Assembly (NCBI GenBank): GCA_958009085.1
Contig: OY253671.1
Span: 1,178,001 to 1,242,000, forward strand
Direction: 5' to 3'
Length of the DNA: 64,000 nucleotides
Origin: Protoeuglena noctilucae
Taxonomy: Eukaryota
Positions 48,334 through 61,559 of this stretch are shown here, one piece after another. A program made the translations under genes and the position numbers. The notes beneath the pieces were generated by a model that had not been told where the DNA came from, ran no database searches, and was given only the letters and a program-made list of their open reading frames with translations. How positions within the stretch are numbered: the first letter of the stretch is position 1; the number at the start of each line of letters is the position of its first letter.

Positions 48334-49168
48334 ATGGCGCGTCTCCTGCTGGAAAGCATTTTCGAGGTGGTCAAGAAAGACCCGGACGGGAAGAAATTCG
48401 ACAAAGGTGCGTGAAGCCCGGATGCTCGTCATCGGAAGCGGGGGGCGCGAAAGGCACGGCAGGGAGGCGCAAAGTCGCGGCGGCTCGCGTGCGCCTGCTG
48501 CAGAGCGCGCCCTTCGCAGCGCACCGCCTCTTGAGCTGTCGTCGCGCTTTCAGTGTCCCGTTACGAGTGCGTGTCGGATGTGTACGACATGAACATGCTC
48601 CTGGACGTGAACATTGAGCTCTACCCTTTGGAAGAGCGGGACAAGATCACGGTCGCGCTGGTGAGAGCCTGGAGCGCAGCGTGGACTGCCGAGGCAGCTT
48701 TGTGATGCCAAGGATCTCGTTTCAGGACCCTCCCAACGCTGTGAATCACGCAGACGTACACGCTCAACCGGGACGGGCGCCCGGATGAGGGGCACTACGG
48801 GCGTGAGATTCAGTCGGGCCAAGACTCTCTCATGGACGATTACGACTACGTCATGTACGGCAAGATATTCCGAGTCAAGGACGCCGTGGGGGCCCAGGTG
48901 CGACGGGGTTACACAAGGCCAGCCGCTGCTCCGTGAATGCGGCACATGTTATGAGCATCAGCCATTCTAAGCGGAGCACCCGCGTGGAGCCGCGACGGCC
49001 GCGTTCGTCCGACGAATGCAATCGTGATCTCGGCTGCAGGGCCAGCCCCTCGCGGAGGTGTTGGTGTCCTTCGGAGGCCTCATCATGCAGCTGACGGGGC
49101 AGCCCAAGCAGCTGCGGGGACTGGAGCTCGACAAGAGGGTCTACCTGCTCGTCCGCAAGGTCTTCTAG
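48334..49168 (+). CDS. RPB8: RNA polymerase I/II/III shared subunit RPB8 (RPABC3)
   Basis: 4 short exons, not captured by the ORF track: DPDGKKFDKVSR, LLDVNIELYPL, SLMDDYDYVMYGKIF, VSFGGLIMQL, RVYLLVRKVF. Confidence 0.95.
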
Positions 49169-49260
49169 CCATCCTGGGCTTCACGGCAGGGCCGGCGGCC
49201 TCGCAGCGCCCCCGGCTGTGCTGGCCCTGCTCATCAGCTCTTGTCCTCGCAATGTCGACC

Positions 49261-52200
49261 CTATGCGTCTCCGTGGTCCCACTGCCCCTCGAAGAGCTCG
49301 TCCCAGATGAGCTCGGCGCAAGACGCGTAGCCCAACGCCCGCCGCTTGAAAGTCTGTGTGCATGAAGTGTGCACTGAGTTGAAGCCAAAGCACCCCGGCT
49401 GGTTTCCCATTCGAAGCCGGGCGCGCTGCGACAGCACTGCAGTATGTCAAATCACATCGGCGCTGCCAAGGTGGCTGTTGCAGCCGCATGCGTGGCACAT
49501 GGCAAGCGACCCTCGACTCCTCCCACCTTGAGCGACCGCGTCTCTTGCGCAGACATGCGGACTGCCTTCAGGGACAGCATGGCGTCCGCCAGGTAGTGCA
49601 TCCACAAAGCGTTGGTGCCGGGGAAGAACCCCGCCCACTTGCCGCGGGTCAGCTTGCGCATGCGGCGGTAGGTGTTGGCCTGGCAGTTGCCCTTCGGCCC
49701 CTGGAACAGCTCCGGGTCGGCGCCGAGGTCGCAGAAGGCCACGGCGCCGTCCGGGGTGCACAGGCGCGACAGGGTGAAGTCGATGAGCGTGACACGCACC
49801 CCCGCCGTGCGGCACGACACGTCCACCCCGTTCAGACGGAAGCAAGCGTCCCCCGGCTCCGCCTCCCGGCTCAGCAGCACGTTGCCCCAGTGGAGATCCC
49901 GGTGTTCGAACTCGCACGCCTCCTCCGCCACCGCCAGGGACATGGCCACCTGGGAGCATCATCATGGGTGGATGCTGAGTCGGGACGACACGCACAGCCC
50001 CTGGTTCCATGGGGATTGGAAAGGAAAGGGAGGGACTCGGACCCCGGAGTCACAACCCCTGCCGCGTGCGAGGCCTGCTCCCGCGGGCGCTGCGCTCCCC
50101 TCACCTGCAGCAGCGCGGCACGGCACTCCTCAAATCCGCAAAGCTCGAATCGCTCCAAGTCGACCCCGCCATCTGCCACGACGAACACCACGTAGAGCTG
50201 GTCGTCTCCAAACATGTCGGGGCAGTCGTTCTCGGACCTGTGCTTGGCGTCCCACGCCCGCCATGCTACCAGGAGGGCCTTCGCGTATCGGCCACGGCAC
50301 ACGCCCACCGTGAATGCCTCGACGAAGCCCGCCGTCTTGTTGTCCGCGCGGTCGGTGTCCGACTGCCGGCGGAGGCCGCTCAGCCTGGGACGGCGGTGGA
50401 GACGAGTCTTAGCGGTGCAAGTGGAGGCAGGGTGAGGCTGCGGTGCGGCGTGCCACTGGCTGCTGCACCCCACCTGAGCGTGACGGCCACTTCGGCGAGC
50501 ATCTCGTCCGCCGTCTTCTGCTTCTCGCCGTTGACGAGGGTGGCGCCCTCCATGGGCACGATCTTGAACACCGTGGAGCACGTTTGGCCTCGGACAGTGG
50601 CCGGACCCTTGAAGGCCTCCCCGAAGGTGCCCTCCCCGATCTTGGACACCTGCACGCGGATGACACATCAACATCACTCCGCGTGGCCACCCCACTCCTG
50701 ATGGACACACACTGCCGTCGTCGAGCGCCGCCCCGGCACGTGCTGCGCCAGCCGCAGCAGCCGCACCTTGTCCAGGTCGACGTGGCGGCCGAGGAGCTCG
50801 TCTATGGTCGGAAGCGCCGTGGTGTCCGTGCCCTGCCCGCACTCGGTGAGCAGCATCTCCAGCGGCGTCAGCTCCCTCCCAAGCACCGCGGCCGCCTGCG
50901 AGCGCAGGAGACAAGGGCCGTGTCGGTCCCGGCAGTCTCTGGACGTGCTGTCAGCAGGCCAGAGACCCATGTCCAAGCGACGGCATACTTTTTGGTCCAA
51001 ATTGGGAGCGCCGGGGCCGTGACATGCGCCGCATCACCTCGGCGATGGTGAGTGCGGGGCACGCGTCCTGGACTTGCAGACCCTCGATGGCCTCCGCAAC
51101 CGCGTCGACCTCCTCGGCCAAGGCCTCCTCTTGCAACCCTGCGTACGGTCGGAAAGGAGACGTGCCGAGCCGCGTGTCCACAGCTGACGGCCTTGCCGCA
51201 ATGCCCTTTCTGCCATATCAAGGGATCTCGAACGCTTTGTTATGCTCAATTGAAGCGTCAAGTCACCTTCGGCGGGGAGCGTCGAAGGGCGGTGGGGAGC
51301 GACGGACGGGCGAGGGCCTCCGAGGCTGGGCCGCACGCTGGGCCGGCGTGGCACTGCGGCGCCGTCCACCGCGGCGTCCAGGCACAGCGGCGCCATGGAC
51401 ATGCGCAGGCTGCCGCGGACGCGGGGCGGGAGCGCCGCGGGGGTCTTGGGCAGCAAGAGCACCGACGACCGCCGGGTGTTGCGCAGGTGGAAGGCCGGCA
51501 CCGTCGGCCGCAAGCTCGCGCGGCCGGCCGGAGTCCGCGGCCCCGGAACAGCGGCCTCTGCAATGGATACACGGCGAGGCAGGGGTCTCCTCACGCGCTG
51601 TCCTCGACTGGACGGCTCGTGTGACCAGCGCGCGGCCATCGCAGGCGGTTGCCCTCGCAGCCACACGCCTTCTCCCGCCCCTGTCTCCCTGAGCGGCTCG
51701 GAAGGCTCTCCCGGCGTGTCCCAGGACGCCCTGCTGGGTACCGTGGTGCAAGGTGAGGCTTCCTCCTCCGACCCCTCCTCCGCCTCCTCCTCGGGCACCG
51801 GGGCCATGGCTGCGACCGGCGCATCGGGCCCCACCCCGGTGGCCCGCCGCTGCGCTGCCCTCGACTGCCGCTGCAGGTCCAGGTACGAGAGCCGGCGAGT
51901 GGGTGCGGGCACGCCCAAGGCTTCCAGGTCGACCTTCCCGGCCGGCTTGTCGGGGGACTCCTCCGCGAGGTCGAACTGGTCCACCTGCGAGGATGGCACG
52001 TGCATGGATGTGGTTGGAGCCCTGTGGGCGAGCACCGCTCGGGCCCCGTGCCGTGCAGTGCACAGCCCCTGAGTCGTCCTGACCTCGTGGAAGTAGCTGG
52101 ACCAGTACTCCATGGATCGCTTGAGTGCTGCGGCCGCCCGCTCCTTCGCGACCGCGGCCGTCGGCCGTCGCTCGGCCCACATGCCCGGGCGACGACGTGC

Positions 52201-52757
52201 CGCGGCCCTCTTGTCCTCCCGCGGGGTGGCTTCCGCCTCCTCGTCGCCCGCGTCAGAGTTCCGATCCCCTACGTCGGCGTCCGCACTTTCCCTCGCCCAT
52301 TGTTGCAGCTCCTTGGCGCCCCTGCTCCTCATCTCCTCCGTTGTGAGGCTGCGTTGCGGACAACCGGGGCGCGGCTGACGAACGGACACCACGCGGGAGA
52401 ACAAAACGCCTCCTGTTTGTCGTAGTTACTTGCCTGGACCGCCGGTAGGTCACAGTCCGCGTGAGCCACGCTTCCCCTTGCTTCGTCGCGTCGGCAGCGG
52501 GGAGCTCGCGCTCCGACGACGCGGAAGTGGTGGGTGCCTCCCCATCTTTAGCTTCTCTAATATCTTCCCTCTCCCGCGCCTCGACTTTGGCAGCCGCGCG
52601 AAGGCCCTGCAAGCGGCGAGGCACGCGATGCTCTCCATCTTAGCGAACTCGTCGCGCGACGCTGGGGAAGCGCAAACTCCCAGGACGCCCGCGCTCCACT
52701 TACCTTCTTCTTCCGCTGATATGTCACGAGGTTGGTGGCGGAAGCCAGCGGCTCCAT
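49261..52757 (-). CDS. HASPIN: Haspin histone H3T3 kinase
   Basis: Long disordered N-terminus; KIGEGTFGEAFK, VFKIVP, SENDCPD, FEHRDLHWGNVLL, LIDFTLSR, TNALWMHYL; about 10 exons including GC-AG intron 52433-52349. Confidence 0.9.
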
Positions 52758-53004
52758 GTCTCCCGTCTCGCTCGTTGTGGCGCAGCCTGTCGAGGCACTT
52801 TACTCAAAACAGGGGCCGGCGCATGGAGCCAGTGTCTGACCAACGGCACTTGATGTCTGTCTCTTTCGGAAAGGACGGCGCGATTGTGGACTTCGCGTCG
52901 CCACGGGCCTGTGTTTGGTCTGGCAGCGGAGTGTCAGAAACAGCAAGCAGGACAAGACAGCGGGAAGAGAGGGGACTGTCAGCGGCATGCCAGAGCCTCT
53001 TTGT

Positions 53005-54228
53005 TCACACGGGCGCATCGACGCAGGGGATGCTACCCCGGATGGCAGATATGGCGGCCTCGACCGCATCTTGGCTGCGAGACATGCAGCTGATCTTGAC
53101 CTTGTACGCGCTCGTGTCGTTTGACGTGTTGGGGTAGCTCCCAATGCTCACTTCTGCGTTGCCGAGCAGCAAGGGATGTGGTTGCAGGCACACACCATCC
53201 CGCACAACTCATCGCCCCTCTATAAAGGGCTGATGCCCCCTCCCAACCCTCACCTGGGTTGTCCCTCGCGATCTCTCCGAGCACCACCGCGATGTCGCCC
53301 TCCCCGCTGTGCGTGTACGCGACCGCGTCGTACACTGCCGGCCCCACAAACCGCCCCTTGTGCTGGCCCAGCATCTGCTGGAACAGCCGCGGGATGCCTG
53401 GCAAGACGTACACGCCCTCCAGGTGCACCAGAGGGACCCAAAGACCGTCCGTATGCAGCACTTCTGGGGCGCAGCAGCGGCGGGTACGGTCGGCACGGTA
53501 CGCAGTGGTGCGAGTCGGTCTGCAGCCCAGCTGCCATCAGCCCCCTCACCGCACGGCGTCGGCAGCGTGGCCATGCGAAGGCGAACCTCGGTGAGCTCCA
53601 GCCCACGCTGGGTGTACTGCTCCCGCATGCGCTCCACCGTGGGGCTGTGCCGCTCGAGCGTGCGGTCGAAAGCCTTGGCGATGGCGTCGTACGTCACGTC
53701 GTCGTGCGTGCACCCGATGCCGCCCGCGGTGAAGACAAAGCCACCAGGACCCACGCGATGCCTGAGGTCGCGGACCGTGTCGACGATGTCGGACACCTCA
53801 TCCGGCACGAACGTGACACGCGTGAGGTCGACGCCCTGGGCATGGAGCGTTTTGGCCAGCCAGGACGTGTTGGCGTCCGCCACCTGGCCCCGGAGCAGCT
53901 CATCCCCAATCACCAGGAAGGCTGCCTGCGGGGGACGTCACGATAGCTCTGGTGCAAAGAGGTTCATCACCTTCTCTTGCTGCCATCGCTAGCAACCCAC
54001 CTTTGGAGGCTCCGTGGCCTGCACGGCGAACAACCTCCTTCCCCGCGCAGCGTGGCACGCAGCGCCATCGCCCCACGGACCCCGGGAGACTCCTGCTAGC
54101 GAGCAGCCCGGGGCGTGGGACGCAGCCAACCTCGCGCAAAGCGTCAAGCACCTCCGCCCGCTCATCGGAGTGAGATGGAAAACAAGCGACCGTCTGCCCG
54201 ATGGGCTGGGCTTTGGACGGGCTGCCAT
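53005..54228 (-). CDS. Stand-alone CinA/MoeA-like molybdopterin-binding-domain protein (FAD pyrophosphatase-like), organellar transit peptide
   Basis: LVIGDELLRGQVADANT, GGIGCTHDDVT, RLRMATLP, VYVLPGIPRLF, EGDIA, SIGSYP; start is either 54228 or 54165. Confidence 0.8.
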
Positions 54229-54446
54229 GAGGCTCGTTGAGCGTACACGCAGGGTACTGTCGCTGACGGCCCAACCCACAAGCGCCCAATACACAACCCC
54301 ACGGCGACAGTTGCCTGGGTCGTTCTGTATGGAGTCGGGGGCCGACCTTTTCGCGTGGTTTCTGCCGTGAACCGGTCGCGAAAAGCCCCACGCTTCCTGG
54401 GCGACGCTCCCACGCGATCGCTGGGCCAGAGCCCAGATTGGTGGTC

Positions 54447-57400
54447 ATGTCCAGCGCCGGTACCCTAGGTTGCTCCCCTAGATGCCTGCCCTCGACGCTG
54501 GGCCGGCAGGCTCCCGGAATGCAGGCAGCGTCCGGGAAGCCCTTTTCCGAGATTCCGATGCGGTCGCGCGCTGTGAAGCGGCATGATACAGGGGTCTGCC
54601 GCGCGTCAGTCGCAATCGCACCCACGATTCGTCAAGCAACGCAGGTGCGTGGGTTGCCCCATCCCCGGCTTATACTCGCGGAGCGGGCCCGCCACGCCTC
54701 GAGGCCCCTGCGCATGGATGGTTTGCCCTCTTAGCTCGTCGCGTCCCTGTGAGGGGCCCGCGGCGGGGGCCCCCCGGCTCACGCCGGGACGAGTTTCGCA
54801 CCGTCGCCCATGTCCGAAGACCGGGCGACGCGGCGTCGGGCGGGCCCTGGCAGGCGTCGCGCACTCCATGACCAACACCATCTGGTCTTTCCGCAGAGCG
54901 GGCAGCCCGCCGCGAACGGCCATGGCACGCCTCTCGTCGGCTCGCCTGCCCTCGGGCCGGGGGCGGTCTGGGTGCCCCAATACCGCGCCGTGAACTTCAC
55001 GCTCGAGTCCAAGGAGGCCACGGAGGTCTCCCTGTGTCTGTTTCGTCCCGACGACCTCGCCGCGGGGCGCGTGGCAGTGGAGCACAAGCTGAGCCCGGAG
55101 AAGAACCGCACAGGCGAGTCGGGGCGCCCGGCGGCGGCGCGCGGGCTCGGCGTCGGGCCCTTGCGCGGTCTGAAACGTCCTAGCTGCTTTGCTAAGCGGA
55201 TCGTGGCGCCTTGCCCCTGCCGCAGGCGACACATGGCACATCATGCTTCCCGACATCGATCGCTCCCTTCTTTACGCCTTCCGCGTCGTCGGGCCCAACG
55301 ACGAGGTTAGTCGGTTCCGGCCCGCCGGGTGCGTCGTGGACCCGTGGGCCGAGCTGGTCATCTCCCGCAACAAGTGGGGCGCCTTGGCCGAGGGGCCCGC
55401 CTACGGTCAAGGCGAGCGGCGCGGTTATGCTCTCATAAACTGGCCTTTCTTCGCCGATGCTGGCTCCCTGTCTCGTGTCCTGCGAGGTGCTGCGAGAGCG
55501 TGCCTCGCTCCCTTCGTTGCTCACGCAGAGGGTGTGCTGGGCCTGTCAGAGACCTGGCCCCAGTTTGCGGCGAGCCTGCCGCGGCCCCGCGGAGAGTACG
55601 ACTGGGAGGGCGACCGGCCGTTGAACCTGGCCATGGAGGACGTCGTGATCTACGAGATGCACGTCAGGTGACCAGCTACACGTCCCAAACAACCCCACGC
55701 TGCTCGCACCAAGCGACGTCTCACTCCAGTCCCTACCCACCCTGCACCCTCGACTGACCCTATTGACGACGACACGCTCGCAGGGGCTTCACGCAGCACC
55801 CGAGCAGCGGCCTGCCTGACCACGAGCGCGGCACCTTCAAGGGGGCGGTAAAGAAGCTCTCGCACGTCGCGCGCATGGGCTTCACCGCCGTGGAGCTCAT
55901 GCCCATCCAGGAGTTCAACGAGCTCGAGTACTACCAGCTCATTCCGGGGTCCCAGGACACGTACCGCTTCAACTTCTGGTGCGAATGCGCGTCTGCCCCA
56001 TTTCGCAACGTCCCACCCGCCCCTCATGTGTGTGCGGCCAACAAGCAAAAGCACCCTTCGCGGCCGGTGCATGGGCCGTGACTTTCAACCCTCGCTGTCA
56101 CCCGCAGGGGTTACTCGACGGTGGGGTTCTTTGCACCAATGGCGCGGTATGCCTCGGACCCTTACGCCGCGCTCGACGAGTTCCGCGACTTTGTGAAGGA
56201 GTCGCACCGATTGGGCATGGAGGTGTACCTCGACGTCGTCTTCAACCACACGGGTGAGCCGGCTGTCGCAGCGGGCTGGCATGGAGGCAGTGGCGCCACC
56301 CACAGCGCGTGATCTGTCATCTATGCAAGTGTGCCTGCTTGCAGCGGAGGGCAACCACATGGGCCCGACGCTCTCCTTCCGCGGCATCGACAACAAGGTG
56401 TTCTACATGCTGGCGCCCCGCGGCGAGTACTACAACTTCTCGGGGTGTGGCAACACCGTCAACTGCAACCACCCCATCATGCGGCGCTTCATCGTCGACT
56501 GCCTCCGCTTCTGGGTCGAGGTGCGGGGTCGCTCTTGTTACCGCGATGCCAGAGACGCAAGCGCGGCTGACTCACGCCCGGCCTGGCTGGTTTGCTCGGA
56601 GCTCACCGGGTGTGGCGCAACACAGGCCATGCCGTGCCAGGCCCTCTCCACGCTCACCGTGCTCACTGCCCGCAGGAGATGCACGTGGACGGTTTCCGTT
56701 TCGATCTCGGGTCCATCCTGACGCGTGCGCCGTCCAGCTGGCACCTGAGCAATGTGGGCACGACCAAGGGCCTGACCCCGCAGTCTCCCGAGGGTGCCAT
56801 CATGCCCTCGGCCGCGGGGATGCCCGCGGGAACGCCTCTCGCGGAGCCCCCGCTCATCCAGATGATCAGGTGCGCCGGCGCGCAGGCGGCTGGCCTCACG
56901 TGTCACCCCCGCCCCGCCCGGCCGTGTGCCTGACTGCCGTACACGCTCGCTGGCCTGCAGCGAGGACCCCTTGCTGCGCAAGAGCAAGATGATCGCGGAG
57001 GCGTGGGACTGCGGCGGGCTGGTGCAGGTGGGCGCCTTCCCTCACTTCGGGGGGCGGTGGTCGGAGTGGAACGGGCGCTTCCGTGACACGGCCAGGAACT
57101 TCATCAAGGGGAGCGACGGGTGGGTCGGGAAGATGGCCTCTGCGATCTGCGGGAGTCCCGAGCTGTATCTGAACCAGCGCAACGACCCGGACGACTGGTG
57201 GCCCAACAACGGCGGGCGGCAGTGGACCGGCAACCGGGGCCCGCTGGCTTCGGTCAACGTCGTGACGGCGCACGACGGCTTCACCCTCCGCGACCTCGTG
57301 TCTTACAACGCGAAGAGGAACTCGGCGAACGGGGAGGACAACAGGTGCCACGCCGCTGCGGTGTTGCCGAGCGTGGCCGGGCGTCGCCTTTGCATGCGTG

Positions 57401-58649
57401 TGCGTGACGGTGCGCTTAATGGCCGCCCTTGCAGGGACGGGGAGGAGCACAACAACTCATGGAACTGCGGGGTGGAGGGCGAGACGAACGACCAGCGCGT
57501 CATGGCGCTGCGCGACCGTCAGGTCCGCAACTTCATGGTGGCGCTGCTCATGTCGCAGGGCGTGCCGATGGTGCTCATGGGGGACGAGTACGGCCACACC
57601 AAGAACGGGAACAACAACACGTACTGCCACGACTCGGGTGAGGCGGTGCTGGGGCCGTGAGGCACTCTGTAACGGTCTGCTAGACACGACCCACCCCATG
57701 CCCGGGTGAGCACGCGGGGAAGGAGGCGCTTCAAAACCTTTCCGTCCACTTCCGTCCCGCTCCGGTCGCTTTGCGCAGAGCTCAACTGGTTCCGCTGGGA
57801 CAAGCTGAAGGAGCAGGAGGGCGGCCTGGCGCACTTTGTGTCTGCGCTGCTGCACATCCGCAAGACGCACTGGGAGACCCGCAGGCGCATGTACATGGGG
57901 TGAGGCGCGGGGAACGGGGGCAGCGGAGGGCGGGTGTATTAAGGACATGTGTTATGATAACTGGCTGGCTGGTGCGTGCCTGCAGGGACAAGGAGCTGCG
58001 CTGGCACGGACCGGAGGGGAGTGGCCCTGACTGGTCGGACTCTGCGAGGCTCCTGGCCTTCTCCCTCAGGCAAGCGGCTGCGCAGAGCGCCGCGGTCTGC
58101 CCCGCAGACGTGGATCGGGCCAGTGCGCGTCCCTGCTCAGCTTTCCACTGCATGCAAAGCGGCCGGCTTCTTCTCCCGCAGCGATGACAAGGTCAACTCA
58201 TTATTCATTGCGCTCAACACGTCGCACCTGTCCGTCACGGTGAGCCTGCCCCCGCCGGGCGGGGAGGGCGGGAAGTGGCGGCTCCTGGTCGACACGTCCA
58301 TGCCCGCGCCGTACGACGCGCTGGTGCCGGAGATGAACGGCGTGAACCTGAAGAAGGTGAGCGGCCAGGCACTGCAGGCGTGCTGCAATGCAGCAAGCGA
58401 GGGGCTCCCTGGCAGCCGCGCGTGGCTGCATGATGTCATGTAGCCTGCCGCGACCCACAGCGACCCAGGGCTCGCTGGCAGTCGTAATATACCTAAGACA
58501 TGGACCGTGGCTTGCAGGACGTGGTGGCGGCCGCGCAGGCCCAGCACCAGCCGTGGCTGCGGGACGGCATCTACCCGCTGCTGCCCTATTCGGCCATCAT
58601 TCTGGAGAACACCGCGTGCGAGTGCCGCGTCGACGGGCACTTGGACTGA
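54447..58649 (+). CDS. ISA1: Plastid isoamylase ISA1 (GH13 starch debranching enzyme)
   Basis: [88 protein letters not shown]; catalytic D/E/D intact; three GC-AG introns. Confidence 0.93.
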
Positions 58650-58803
58650 GAGGGATCGCGACGCCTTGCCAATACCACGCATGCATGCCACCGCCGCAGC
58701 TAGGATGATGCTGAAAAGACCTATGGCATCAGCTGCGCCTTTGAAGCATATCTGTGCCGAGCGACCTTCTTATCAACGGAGCGAAGGCGGCTTATAGTCA
58801 CCG

Positions 58804-59696
58804 TTAGAGGTGCGCATGCGTGGCAGCAGAGTCCCGCACGCTCTCCAGCAACGCGCGCACTTTGGCCAGGTCTGCTGGTGGCAGGGTCGGCACCTTGTGC
58901 CCGTCGGGATGGCTGATGACCAGTGGGTCTTGGAACAGTCCGATCAGCGCGATGGAGCCCCTGCATGGGGGGGTACGCCGTCACCAGATCGATGTGGGTG
59001 CAGCAAACCATGAATGCCTGCCTATCGCTGGACAGTTCTGCAAGCGCACCTTTTGAGTGGGTCCTTCTCGCCGTACACGTGGATGCTGGGGACCGTGACG
59101 GGCAGCTTGAAGGCGCTCTGGTGCTCTGCGGCCCGGCTCGCCATGCTGCCGATGACAATGGCGACCTTCATGGGCGGGATGCCCTCCATGGCCTGCGGGT
59201 GGCAGCTAGAACACATGCACGTGCTCTTCCTCGTCATTGACAAGTCCCAACAGCCGACGGAGCCGCGTCTCACCGTGCCCTGCTGCGCCATCGCGAGGAG
59301 CGCCGAGGCGAGGATGCCGCCTTGGCTGAAGCCCAGGAAGCCGTCGAACGGGCCGTGTTCCCTGAGGAACTTCTCGACGAACGCTTTGCTCTCGGACCAT
59401 CCGTGAAAGCGCCAATCTCCATTTTCGGCTTGGCGGGCGTCCCACCATTCGTAGAAAGGCTGATTGCCGAACGCCAGCGTCACGTCTGGACTGCTCGGTC
59501 CTCGAGCCGCATGAGGCGCGTCGACGAAAGTGATCTCGACGAGGTCGCCGAGTTGCTGGTGCCACCCGGAGCGCGTTAGCTGTCCGTGGAGCACAGCCGC
59601 GCTGGTGCGCCAGCCGTGGAGGCCGAGCAGCCGCAGTTTCCTGCGCCCGGACGACGTCGACGCCTCCGCAGCGCTCCTACTGACCGACGCGCTCAT
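58804..59696 (-). CDS. FSH1/OVCA2-family serine hydrolase
   Basis: LGLHGWRTS, FVDAPH, GPFDGFLGFSQGG, SIHVYGEKD, HPDGHKVP; 3 exons; ends ...HAHL-TAA. Confidence 0.88.
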
Positions 59697-60144
59697 CGGC
59701 AATCGCGCCACGTCCAAAAAAATCAGCGACAAGTGCTTTAGTAAGCAGTGGAGTCTAAATCCTGTGAAAGACGGCGAGCAGCCCTCTCCCTTGACGCGCG
59801 GGTTCGCTCTGACAACACGGGCGTGGCCAGGCTTTGCCAAATTGCTCGCTGTCGTTTCATCTGCCCCGCCTCGCCAGACGGTGGCACCATCGGCTCCAGC
59901 AGCTCCGCATTGCGCCAAACGTTTACCCTTTACCTCTTCAACGGCACATGAGAGATGGGAGGGTCCGAAGGAAATCAAATGCTATTTATCTTGCTGCCAA
60001 GCATTGGGCAGAAGCGGCACGAGGTCTGTCAAATGCGGTCGGAACTGCTGTCCCAAGAGTGTAACGAGGCTCCTGTCCACATGCGCATGGCTGCATGACT
60101 GCGGGTGCACCCTGGGCTTCAGAAGCTGTCCGACGTCTGCTGCC

Positions 60145-61022
60145 TCAGCGTTGCCGAAGTGGACGAGAATTCATTGCGAGGGGCCACCACGCGGCGCCCA
60201 GCAGACCTGCGGGAAAGGGACTCTCAACAGGGTTGCTGTGGGTACCATCTACTCGGCTCCATCAACGAAGCGACCACCCAAAGCGCCACGCGGTGCCTTC
60301 CTCATGCCAGCCTGCTCACCCGGGAAGCAACACGGTCCCAAACACGCGGCGCGAGTCGACCGAGTTCATCTCCGGGTCGCCAATTGCGATCTCGGGGAAC
60401 CAGATGCCACCTGGCGCCATCGCGCCCGCCCTTGCGCCCGGGGACGCGGGGGCCAGCGCCTGGGCCGCCTTGGCTTTGACCTCGGTCAGCGTCGACGTGT
60501 GCATCAGCGCATTGGACGCCGCCGCAAGACCCTGCGAACAGCAAATGAAAGCCAGGAGATCAGCTCAGGAGCCAGGCCTCCGGCGCAAAGGCCAGCCGTT
60601 GCCAGCTCAGACGGCGCCCGGCGCACGGGTGGCAAATCCCAGGGCCGGGCCCTGCCACGCAGGAAAGGGCATCATAACACTCCTATCACGCTGTAAAAAC
60701 CCCAGCGCCCTTTGCGCGCGCGCAGCGTGGCGGCGGCTGACGCGGACGGGGCCGCCGTGGCTTTTCGCGTGTGGCACGACATCGCGCGAAACGGCCGCCT
60801 GGGGGCGTCGGCTGCAGCATCTCAGCGCCAAAGACGCTCAAGACAATGCTGTCGGAGACGTCGAGGCCCGGAAAACCGCACGGATGCGGGCGGAAAGCGC
60901 ACGTGCCCCAAACGGCCCCCGAAGAACCTTGCCGCGAATCATCTCCATCTTCTCACCTTGCCCCCTGCGAGGCTCCACAACGCCGTCCCCGTAGCCCTCG
61001 TCGCAGCCGTCGCGAGGCTCAT
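60145..61022 (-). CDS. Small hypothetical protein with presequence-like N-terminus
   Basis: Exon MSLATAATRATGTALWSLAGGK with donor gtgaga, acceptor at ~60532, exon GLAAASNALMHTS...GGIWFPEIAIGDPEMNSVDSRRVFGTVLLP. It ends at TGA 60316 or, via intron 60319-60207, at 60145. No recognisable family. Confidence 0.45.
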
Positions 61023-61559
61023 GGTTGAGCCGAACCAGCGGCGCTTGAAAAAAACTCCCTGCGCGGCCCGGAGGAAAGGGCGGGGCGTTCGAGGCGCTCG
61101 CATAAAGAATTCGAGGACAATTGAAACAGCCACGATGCAGAGCAATTCAGCCTCTCGCTGCCGCGCACCTACTGACGTGGACGCGGAATCGACGAGATTG
61201 TGACTCTGCGGTCGAGCAGGAGCGTCGGCTGGATGAACATTGACTGCCCGGCGAGCCCAGCGTTGCCCTTGGGTGCCCGCGTCGGCCCGCGGCCCCGCGT
61301 GCCCCACCAGTCAGACGTGTCAGCGCCACTCGTTTGCCTGCGAGGAATCGACGGCCTTGTTTGAGGCGCAAAGGTAATCCAACCACAGAGGCCAGCGAGC
61401 CCGCCTCCGTCCTCGGCCGCGAGATGGGTGGGCCGACAGCTGGCTAGGTCAAGCCGAATTGGAAGCGCGCAGAGGAGCCCGCGCAAGGTCAAGCGCATAC
61501 CAATGAGTCAAGAGCTTCCATGTCTCGCCAGCAGACGGCTAGCGACGCCCCCTCACCGC

